Positions 50,806 to 58,342 of a stretch of DNA of 64,000 nucleotides are shown here, in pieces. Source of the DNA: Thermoanaerobaculia bacterium (GTDB lineage: Bacteria > Acidobacteriota > Thermoanaerobaculia > Multivoradales > JAGPDF01); the NCBI GenBank assembly GCA_046331385.1, contig JAXLQW010000001.1, positions 196,167 through 260,166 on the forward strand, in the 5' to 3' direction. Positions within the stretch are counted from its first letter, which is position 1. Each line of letters begins with the position of its first letter. The notes beneath the pieces are model-generated. The model did no database searches. It was not told the origin of the DNA and was given only the letters and a program-made list of their open reading frames with translations. Both the position numbers and the translations under genes were made by a program.

Positions 50806-52437
50806 TCAGCCGCGCAGGCGCTCGAGCTCGACGATCGGCGGCGCGCCGGGGCGCGGCGCCCCGGCAAGCCAGCAGAGCTCGCCGCGGAAGTTCGCGACTC
50901 GCAACCAGTCGGCGAGCGCGCCGCGCAAACGGACCCGATCCGCCTCGCCCCGCAGACCGGGGTCCCAGAGACGCCAGTCGGGCGGCAGGTAGCTCGTGTA
51001 GCCGTTGACCGTGGGGATACCGGACTCGAGCGCGGCCCACATCGCGACCTCCTGCGTCGCGGCGTCGCTCGCGGTCGGGAAATCGACCGGCGAGAAGAAG
51101 AACGCGTCGCAGTCTCTCGGTACCGCGGCGGCGAGCCGCGAGCTCTGCAGATCGAGCGCTCGACGTGGGAACGAGCCGACCCGGCGCGCCTGCTCGAGCG
51201 GCACGACGACGAGCAGCACGCCGGCGAGGAGCGTCCGGCGGTCGGCGCGCAGGCGTTGCCAGGCGACCGCCACGCCGTAGGCGGCGAGCAAGAGCAGGAG
51301 GAGCACCAGCCGGCCCATGGCGCGGGCGGCGGAGAGCGCTGGCACGAAGTGGAGCACTCCGCGCCAGAGACTGAATCCCCCCGGCCAGCGGGTGGCAAGC
51401 ATCGTCAGCGTCGCCGCGGCCCCGGCGGCGACCCGCAGCCAGGGATCGCGCCGCGCGAGCCAGAGGCCGGCGAGCGCCAGCGCCAGGGTCACGAAGCCGA
51501 TCCCCAGCTCGTGCTCCCACGAGGGCGCGAGGCCGGCGATCGGCGGCCAGCGAGCGACCGCGCCCCAGACCCAGTTGAGCGCTCCGGAATTGAGCCACGA
51601 CTCCGGCTGCGGCAGCAGGTCGCGGACCGCCTCCCAGGGCGGCCAGCCGAGAATCTCCGCCCAGGCGCGCTGGTGGCGGACGACCGGCGCGAGCAGCGCG
51701 CCGCCACCGGCGAGGGACACGAGCCAGAGCGCGCCGCGGCGGCGCAGGCTCTCGCGCAGAGCGACGCGGGTCGGCGCCTGCGCCAGCGCCCAGGGCAGGG
51801 CCGAGAGCGCGAGCAGCGCCGCGAAGAGGGCGAAGTAGACGTTCGACAGGTAGAGCCAGACGAGAGCCGCCACCGCGAGCGGCACGTAGCGCTGCCGGTT
51901 GCCGCCCGCGCCGCTCTGCCCGACCTCGGCCGCGAGCGCCGCGAGAGCGAGCACCAGCGGCGCGGCGGCGAAGGTGTGCGGATGGCCGATCTGCGCCCCG
52001 CGTGGATTGCCGAAGGCGAAAAGGTAGGCGCCGAGCGCCGCCGCGGTGGGCGCGAGAGCGAAGCGGCGCGCGAAGAGCGCGTAGGTGGCGAGGAAGGTCG
52101 CCGCGACGAGCGCCACTTCGAGCAGCGCGAAAGCGAGCGACGGCGAAGCGCCGAGCAGCCGCCAGGGCGAATAGAGCGGCAGGAGGCCGAAGAGCGGCTC
52201 GGTCAGGCCGGCGACGTTCGCCTGCGGGAAGAAGATCGGCGGATTCCAGAGGCCGCGGCAGACGGCGTCGCCGGTGACGCAGCGGTGGGCGTACTCGACC
52301 ACGAAGTTCAGGTGGCGGGGATCGACCGACACCCCTTGGATGGCGCGCAGCCCGGTGGCGAGCGTGCGGGGGAAGAACGCGACCAGGCCGGCGGCGAGCA
52401 GCAGGACCGCGGGGAGGTGGCGGCGGAGCGGTTTCAC
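50806..52437 (-). CDS. Polytopic membrane protein with a C-terminal periplasmic domain (GT-C-like candidate), paralog B
   Basis: The start is probably GTG 52437 (VKPLRRHLPAVLLLAAG…). There are about 10 TM helices, then a soluble C-terminal domain (…NGYTSYLPP…). The 1025-aa ORF is a shadow extension. Confidence 0.5.
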   Translation of the reverse strand: MKPLRRHLPAVLLLAAGLVAFFPRTLATGLRAIQGVSVDPRHLNFVVEYAHRCVTGDAVCRGLWNPPIFFPQANVAGLTEPLFGLLPLYSPWRLLGASPSLAFALLEVALVAATFLATYALFARRFALAPTAAALGAYLFAFGNPRGAQIGHPHTFAAAPLVLALAALAAEVGQSGAGGNRQRYVPLAVAALVWLYLSNVYFALFAALLALSALPWALAQAPTRVALRESLRRRGALWLVSLAGGGALLAPVVRHQRAWAEILGWPPWEAVRDLLPQPESWLNSGALNWVWGAVARWPPIAGLAPSWEHELGIGFVTLALALAGLWLARRDPWLRVAAGAAATLTMLATRWPGGFSLWRGVLHFVPALSAARAMGRLVLLLLLLAAYGVAVAWQRLRADRRTLLAGVLLVVVPLEQARRVGSFPRRALDLQSSRLAAAVPRDCDAFFFSPVDFPTASDAATQEVAMWAALESGIPTVNGYTSYLPPDWRLWDPGLRGEADRVRLRGALADWLRVANFRGELCWLAGAPRPGAPPIVELERLRG

Positions 52438-52463
52438 CGGAGGTTCTCTTCGCGCCGCCGGCG

Positions 52464-54203
52464 TCAGCTCGCGGGCTTGCCGCCGAGAGCATGCGGGTCG
52501 CGGCGCAAGCGCTCGACGCGGGCGGTGCCGCCGCCGCCCGGCCGCCATTCGATCCGTACCCAGCAGAGCTCCCGGGCGGGATAGTCCTGCCAGTTGATCC
52601 AGTCGACCAGCCTCCGGCGCAGGTCTTGGCGATCGCTCTCGCCGGCGAGCGGCGGGACCTCGAGCGACCAACCCGCGGGGCCGCTCGAGGAGTAGCCGTT
52701 GGCGGTGGGGAGGTCGCGGATCAGGCTCGCCCACATCGCCTCCACCTGGTGTCCCTTGCGGTCCTCCTCGCCGGTCGTCTCCGGCGAGTAGTAGAAGCTC
52801 GGACAGTCGCCCGGGATGGCGCGTGCGATCGCCCGCACGCGTCCGAGCAGGCCGCGTCGCGAGTAGGAGGGATAGGTCCTTCCCTGTTCGAGCGCCCCGA
52901 AGGCGACGAGCGCGATGGCGATCGCCGTCGGCCACCGCGGGCGCACCCGGTCCCAGAACGCCGCCAGGCCGATCGCCGCCGGCAGCAGGAGGACGAGCGC
53001 CAGCCGGCCGACCACCCGCAGGCCGCTCTCGCCCGGCAGCCACGGGCGGATCCCGTGCCAGAGACTCCACCCGTTCGGCCAGTGGAGGGTCAGCAACACG
53101 GCGAGAACGCTCGCTCCGACCGCCAGCCGGATCCAGGGCTCGCGGCGCAGGCTCCAGAGTCCGAGAATCACCAGCGCCGAGGTGACCGCGCCGAGGCCGA
53201 GCGAGTGTGACCAGGCGACCGGATTCGCGGCGAGTCCGCTCCACGCCTCGAAGCCGCCGCCGAGCCAGGCCGCGCCGCCCGGGTTGACCCAGGAAGCGAG
53301 GGTCGGCAGATAGCGATCGAGCTCCTCGGTCGGAACCGGGTGGGAAGCTCGCGCGGCCGAGTAGGTCGCCGCCACCGGCGCGATGGCGGCGACGGCGAGC
53401 GCGCCCGCCGCGGCGAGCGGGAGGGGAGCGCGAGCGACGAGCTCGCCCGCCGCGGCGCGCAGCGGGCGCCAAGCGAGAACCCAGGGGAGGCCGAGGAGCG
53501 CGACGAAGGCGGCGAACCAGGCGACGTAGGAGGCGGCGAGAAATTGCCAGGCGAAGAGCAGCCCGGCGGCGACGAGCGCCCCTCGCCGTTCGCGGTCCGA
53601 TCGCGGTCGCACGGCGCGCACGACGGCGAGCACCGCCAAGGCGAGCGGGAAGCCGATCAGGTTCTGCGCGTGGTTGAGCATCGCCGTGCGCGGGCCGGCG
53701 AAGGCGAAGAGCGCTCCGCCGGCGATCGCGGCGCCGGGCGAGAAACCGAGGCCGGAGGGGCCGAGCAGGAGCAGGAGGGCGAGAAAGTCGAGCGCCACCG
53801 CGGCGAGCGAATGGAGTTGGTAGGAGAGCTGCGGCGAGAAGCCGAGCGCCCGCCAGGGGGCGTAGAGCGGGAATCCGCCCCACTGCAACTCGCTGTAGGT
53901 GAGCGCCGCCGGCTTGGGATAGAAGAACGGCGCGTCGAGGTAGGCCGGGGCGTGGGTGGCGCCCGCGAGGTAGCGCAGGTCGTATTCGAGGACGTAGTTC
54001 TGGAACAGCGGATCGAGCGGCAGGACCTGCGCGCGACGGAAGCCGGTCGAGATCTGGGTGTGGAAGACGAGCAGCAGGCCGAGGAGCAGGATCAGGATCG
54101 CGGCGAGCCGGTCCTGGCGGCTCCAGGGGGCGGCGGCGCGCGCGTCGGGATCGGGGTCGCCGGCGGTCCCGACGGGGCTCGTCCCGGCGGCGCCCGGCGT
54201 CAA
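52464..54203 (-). CDS. Polytopic membrane protein with a C-terminal periplasmic domain (GT-C-like candidate), paralog A
   Basis: TTG 54203 overlaps the glgA stop as TTGA. It has the same architecture as paralog B (first loop …VLEYDLRY…, C-terminal …NGYSSSGP…). Confidence 0.5.
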   Translation of the reverse strand: MTPGAAGTSPVGTAGDPDPDARAAAPWSRQDRLAAILILLLGLLLVFHTQISTGFRRAQVLPLDPLFQNYVLEYDLRYLAGATHAPAYLDAPFFYPKPAALTYSELQWGGFPLYAPWRALGFSPQLSYQLHSLAAVALDFLALLLLLGPSGLGFSPGAAIAGGALFAFAGPRTAMLNHAQNLIGFPLALAVLAVVRAVRPRSDRERRGALVAAGLLFAWQFLAASYVAWFAAFVALLGLPWVLAWRPLRAAAGELVARAPLPLAAAGALAVAAIAPVAATYSAARASHPVPTEELDRYLPTLASWVNPGGAAWLGGGFEAWSGLAANPVAWSHSLGLGAVTSALVILGLWSLRREPWIRLAVGASVLAVLLTLHWPNGWSLWHGIRPWLPGESGLRVVGRLALVLLLPAAIGLAAFWDRVRPRWPTAIAIALVAFGALEQGRTYPSYSRRGLLGRVRAIARAIPGDCPSFYYSPETTGEEDRKGHQVEAMWASLIRDLPTANGYSSSGPAGWSLEVPPLAGESDRQDLRRRLVDWINWQDYPARELCWVRIEWRPGGGGTARVERLRRDPHALGGKPAS

Positions 54204-55648
54204 GTCGAGATTCTCCGGTAGAGCTCCTCGTACTCGCGCACCTGGCGCGTCCAGGAGAAGTCGCGCGCCATGCCGTTGCGCATCAGGGCGCGCCAGCCGT
54301 CGCGCTCGCGGAAGGCGGCGAGCGCGCTCTCGAGCGCCCAGCGCAGGCCCTCGGGAGTGTAGTGCTCGAAGACGAACCCGGTCCCTTGGCGGCGCGCCGG
54401 ATTCCAGGGCTCGACCGTGTCGGCGAGGCCGCCGGTCCGCCGCACCACGGGCGGCGTGCCGTAGCGCAGGCTGTACATCTGGTTGAGACCGCAGGGCTCG
54501 TATTTCGACGGCATGACGAAGAGGTCCGAGCCCGCCTCGATCCAATGCGCCAGCTCGTTGTGGTAGCCGCGGTAGAACCAGGCCTGGCGCGGGAACGAGG
54601 CGGTGAGCCAGTGGAAGAAGGCCTCGTAGCGCTCCTCGCCGCCGCCGAGCGCCACGAAGCGTAGGTCGCGGCGAGCGAGCAGCTCCGGCAGGGCGTCGAG
54701 GAGCAGGTCGAGCCCTTTCTGCGCCGTCAGCCGCGAGACCAGGCCGACGACCGGCACCTCCGGATCGTGGGGCAGACCCACGCGGGCGAGCAGCGCCTGC
54801 TTCATCCGCAGCTTGCCGGCGAGGTCCTCGGCCGTGTAGCGGTGCGGCAGGTGCGGATCGTTCCCCGGATCCCACTCGCCGTAGTCGACGCCGTTGACGA
54901 TGCCGACCAGGTGATCGGCGCGCGCCCGCAGCAGCGGATCGACCCCGAAGCCGAACTCGGCGGTCTGGATCTCGCGCGCATAGGTGCGCGACACGGTGGT
55001 CAGCAGGTCGGCGTAGAGCAGGCCGGTCTTCAAGAAGCTCACCCGGCCGGCGGCGAGATCCTCCTGGTAGAGCAGCGCGGCGTGCGCCGCCAAGCCGAGC
55101 TCCTCGAGCACCTCTCGGCCGAAGACCCCCTGGTAGCCGAGATTGTGCAGGGTGAGGACGGTGCGCGTGCGGGCGAACAGGCGATCCCAGGCGTAGAGCG
55201 TCCGCAGGTAGATCGGCACCAGCGCCGTGTGCCAGTCGTGGAGGTGCGCGATGTCGGGCGCCCAACCCATGCGCTGGCAGCTCTCGAGCGCCGCGCGGCA
55301 GAGCAGCGCGAAGCGCAGGTACTCGTCCCACTCGCCGCTGTAGACGCTCTCGTGGTGATAGAGCGCCGGGCAGTGGACGAAGTAGCCGTCGACCTCGGAA
55401 TCGGGCAGGCGGGTGGTGAAGATCGAGTAGCGGAAATCGCGCTCGCCGAGGCGCAGCTCGAGATCCTGCAGGAATTCCACTTTGGTGAAGCGAAAATCGA
55501 GCTTGGCGACCGGGGCGTAGAAGGGCAGGAAGACCCGCACGTCGTGCCCCGCCTTGCCGAGCGCCCGCGACAGGCCGGCGACGACGTCGCCGAGGCCGCC
55601 GGTCTTGGCGAACGGCGTGACCTCCGCGGCGACCTGGCAGACCCGCAT
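54200..55648 (-). CDS. glgA: Glycogen synthase (ADP-glucose type, GT5)
   Basis: MRVCQVAAEVTPFAKTGGLGDV… is the canonical KTGGL motif. 482 aa. ATGA overlap with glgC. I reject the 182-aa N-terminal extension of the 664-aa ORF. Confidence 0.85.
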   Translation of the reverse strand: MRVCQVAAEVTPFAKTGGLGDVVAGLSRALGKAGHDVRVFLPFYAPVAKLDFRFTKVEFLQDLELRLGERDFRYSIFTTRLPDSEVDGYFVHCPALYHHESVYSGEWDEYLRFALLCRAALESCQRMGWAPDIAHLHDWHTALVPIYLRTLYAWDRLFARTRTVLTLHNLGYQGVFGREVLEELGLAAHAALLYQEDLAAGRVSFLKTGLLYADLLTTVSRTYAREIQTAEFGFGVDPLLRARADHLVGIVNGVDYGEWDPGNDPHLPHRYTAEDLAGKLRMKQALLARVGLPHDPEVPVVGLVSRLTAQKGLDLLLDALPELLARRDLRFVALGGGEERYEAFFHWLTASFPRQAWFYRGYHNELAHWIEAGSDLFVMPSKYEPCGLNQMYSLRYGTPPVVRRTGGLADTVEPWNPARRQGTGFVFEHYTPEGLRWALESALAAFRERDGWRALMRNGMARDFSWTRQVREYEELYRRIST

Positions 55649-56916
55649 CAGACGACGGTGCCGGGCGGGATGACGGCGTTCTTCGGCACCACGATGATCC
55701 CGCCGCGGATCCAGTAGTCGTCGGTCTCGGCCTCCTGCACGTTGTCGGCGTTGACCAGCTTCGAGCCGGCGCCGATGCGGGCGTTGAAGTCGATGATCGC
55801 GTTGCGCACGTGGCAATCGCGTCCGACCCCCATGGGAACCTCCGACTCGGGCGATCCCAGGCGCTCGAAGGTGTTGGCGCCCATGATCACGCTGCGCTCG
55901 ACGATCGATCCGGGCTGGATCACCGAGCGGATGCCGACGATCGAATCCGAGATCCGCGCGCCGCTCATGATCGAGCCCTCGCAGACCACCGACGAGGAGA
56001 TGGCGCACTGGTTGATCTTGGTCCCGGGCAGGAAACGGGCGTGGGTGTAGATGCGGAAGTCGGGGTTGTACAGATCGAGCGGCGGCAACGGCACGGTCAG
56101 ATCGAGGTTCGCCTGGTGGAAGCTCGGGATGGTCCCGATGTCGGTCCAGTAGCCCTGGTAGGGGAAGGCGAAGACGCGGATCTGCGACAGGCAAGCGGGA
56201 ATCACCTCGCGCCCGAAGTCGGTGTACGGGCTGCCGACCAGCACTTCGCGCAGGATGCCCGGCCGGAAGACGTAGATCCCCATGCTGGCGAGGAAGCTGC
56301 CCGGCGGGGCGTCGAAGCCGATCGCGTCGCGCGTCGCCTCGTCGAGCGCCAGGGCGTCGAGCTCCTCGTCGGTGCGCGGCTTCTCGGCGAACTCGACCAC
56401 CCGGCCGGCGCGGTCGAGGCGCAGGATGCCGAAGCCCTTGGCCTCCTCGCGCGACACCGGCTTGACGGCGATCGTCAGGTCGGCCTGGCGGGCGCGGTGC
56501 ATGGAGACGAATTCGCGCAGGTCCATCAGGTAGAGCTGGTCGCCGGAGAGGATGAGCACCTCGTCGGGGTCGTTGTCGTCGATCAGCCGGGTCAAGTTCT
56601 GGCGCACGGCGTCGGCGGTGCCCTGGTACCAGGAGCGATTGGTCAGGTTCTGCTCCGCGGCGAGGATGTTGACGAAGCCGCCGCGGAAGACGTCGAAGCG
56701 GTAGGTCTGGGCGATGTGGCGGTGCAGGCTCTCGCTGTTGAACTGGGTGACCACGTAGATGTGGTCGATGCCGGCCTGCAGGCTGTTCGAGATCGGGATG
56801 TCGATCAGCCGGAACTTGCCGCCGACCGGCACGGCCGGCTTGGCGCGGTGCAGGGTCAGCGGGGCGAGCCGCGTCCCCTGTCCGCCGCCCAGGATCGCCG
56901 TCACCACTTCCTTCAT
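55648..56916 (-). CDS. glgC: Glucose-1-phosphate adenylyltransferase
   Basis: …AILGGGQGTRLAPLT…, …PAVPVGGKFRLIDI… are canonical GlgC motifs. 422 aa. Confidence 0.9.
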   Translation of the reverse strand: MKEVVTAILGGGQGTRLAPLTLHRAKPAVPVGGKFRLIDIPISNSLQAGIDHIYVVTQFNSESLHRHIAQTYRFDVFRGGFVNILAAEQNLTNRSWYQGTADAVRQNLTRLIDDNDPDEVLILSGDQLYLMDLREFVSMHRARQADLTIAVKPVSREEAKGFGILRLDRAGRVVEFAEKPRTDEELDALALDEATRDAIGFDAPPGSFLASMGIYVFRPGILREVLVGSPYTDFGREVIPACLSQIRVFAFPYQGYWTDIGTIPSFHQANLDLTVPLPPLDLYNPDFRIYTHARFLPGTKINQCAISSSVVCEGSIMSGARISDSIVGIRSVIQPGSIVERSVIMGANTFERLGSPESEVPMGVGRDCHVRNAIIDFNARIGAGSKLVNADNVQEAETDDYWIRGGIIVVPKNAVIPPGTVV

Positions 56917-56998
56917 GATCCCTCCCGCCCCCGCGCTCGACCGCCTGCTGGATTCGCCCGCGGCAAGATCGAAATTGTACCCGTTCGTCGCTCCGGTC

Positions 56999-58045
56999 TC
57001 AGACGATCTCGAGCCGGCTCGCTCCCGCGACGACCTCGCCGATCTCGGCGGCGCGGTGCCCGGCGGCCAGCAGCTCGGCGAGCAGCTCCTCCGCCTCGCC
57101 GGCGGGGACGGCGATCAACAGGCCGCCGGAGGTCTGGGGGTCGAAGATCAGCTCGCGTTCGACGTCTCCAAGCGGCCGCGTCTCGACGAGGTCCGGGCCG
57201 ACGTAGTCGCGATTGGGGCGCGTGCAGCCGGTCGAGACGCCGCGCGCCGCGAGGTCGAAGAACGCCGCGTGCACCGGCAGGGCGGCGAAGCGCAGGCGCA
57301 TCCCGACCCCGGACTCGCGCGCCATGCGCGCCGCGTGGCCGCCGAGGCCGAAGCCGGTGACGTCGGTCGCGGCGCGCGCGCCGTGGGCGAGCGCCCGCCG
57401 CGAGCCGACGTCGTTGAGCCGTTCCATCTCGGCGAGCGCCGGGTCGAGCTGCGCGGCGGTGATCTTGTCGGAGCGGAAGGCGTTCACCAGCACGCCGGTG
57501 CCGAGCGGCTTGGTGAGCAGGAGGCGATCGCCCGGGCGCGCGGCGGCGTTGGTGAACAGCCGGTCGGGGTCGGCTTCGCCCACCACCGCCAGGCCGTACT
57601 TGGGCTCGCGGTCGCGGATCGAGTGCCCGCCCAAGAGCGCCGTGCCCGAGCGCGCCATGGCGTCGGCGCCGCCGGTGAGGATCCCCGCCAGGACCTCAGC
57701 GGGCGCGTCTTCGGGGAAGAGGCAGAGGTTGAGCGCGAACAGCGGCCGCCCGCCCATGGCGTAGATGTCGGAGATCGCGTTGGTGGCGGCGATGCGGCCG
57801 TAGCGCACCGGATCGTCGCAGACCGGCGGGATGAAGTCGGTCGTGGCGAGCAGAGCGCGGCCGTGGAAAGAAAACGCCCCCGCGTCGTCCCCCGTGTGCG
57901 GGCCGACGAGCACGCCGTCGGAGAGCCCGGCGATCGCCGCGAGCGGCCCCATCAGCCCCGCGAGCTTCCCCGGCGGCACCTTCGCCGCGCACCCCCCGAA
58001 CGTCGCCGCGCGGGTCAAGCGGTAGTCGGACTCGGAGCTCGACAT
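56999..58045 (-). CDS. selD: Selenide, water dikinase (Cys-type)
   Basis: …TFGGCAAKVP… (Cys at the Sec/Cys position), AIR-synthase-like fold motifs. 348 aa. Confidence 0.85.
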   Translation of the reverse strand: MSSSESDYRLTRAATFGGCAAKVPPGKLAGLMGPLAAIAGLSDGVLVGPHTGDDAGAFSFHGRALLATTDFIPPVCDDPVRYGRIAATNAISDIYAMGGRPLFALNLCLFPEDAPAEVLAGILTGGADAMARSGTALLGGHSIRDREPKYGLAVVGEADPDRLFTNAAARPGDRLLLTKPLGTGVLVNAFRSDKITAAQLDPALAEMERLNDVGSRRALAHGARAATDVTGFGLGGHAARMARESGVGMRLRFAALPVHAAFFDLAARGVSTGCTRPNRDYVGPDLVETRPLGDVERELIFDPQTSGGLLIAVPAGEAEELLAELLAAGHRAAEIGEVVAGASRLEIV

Positions 58046-58068
58046 CGATCCAGTCTATCCACTCGAGG

Positions 58069-58250
58069 GAACGGGTCGACCTCCTCGGACAACAGCTCTC
58101 AACTAGGGAGTCTGCGTTTGCGCAGCGCCCTCGTGGCCTGGCGAACGGGTCGACCGGGTGGGACACAGGCTTTCACCTAGGGAGTCTGGGTTTGCTCTGC
58201 GCCCTCGTGGCCTGGCGATCGGCTCGACTGGGCGAAGCGAGTCCAGCAGG
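58069..58250. repeat. Tandem array of about 2.5 copies of a 74-bp intergenic repeat
   Basis: Unit 1 (58069-58142) and unit 2 (58143-58216) align over their full length: gaacgggtcgacc…gaca(a/c)ag…t(c/t)(a/t)c(a/c)ctagggagtctg…gcgccctcgtggcctgg. A degenerate third unit spans 58215-58250. The array begins 24 bp upstream of the selD start. Confidence 0.8.
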
Positions 58251-58270
58251 GGTTCTTTTTCCCAGGTGAG

Positions 58271-58322
58271 CTTTTGTTTTTGCTTTTCTTCTTTCCTTCC
58301 TTCTCTCTTCTTCTTTTCTCAT
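58271..58322. repeat. Low-complexity pyrimidine-rich tract (purine-rich on the coding strand), very low GC
   Basis: cttttgtttttgcttttcttctttccttccttctctcttcttcttttctc in a ~70% GC genome. It lies between the upstream gene's stop and the repeat array. Confidence 0.8.
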
Positions 58323-58342
58323 TGGCTTCGCCCAGCCGTGCT

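Noticed and set aside
54200-56194. 664-aa GlgA with a long N-terminal extension
   Set aside because: The KTGGL motif follows the internal Met (MRVCQVAAEV) at 55648 directly. The upstream 182 codons overlap glgC out of frame and are low complexity. The ATGA coupling at 55648 fits.
58046-58342. Possible tRNA-Sec or SECIS element next to selD
   Set aside because: No cloverleaf-compatible segment with acceptor/T-arm complementarity or a conserved TΨC loop was found. The repeats are tandem duplicates, not tRNA-like.
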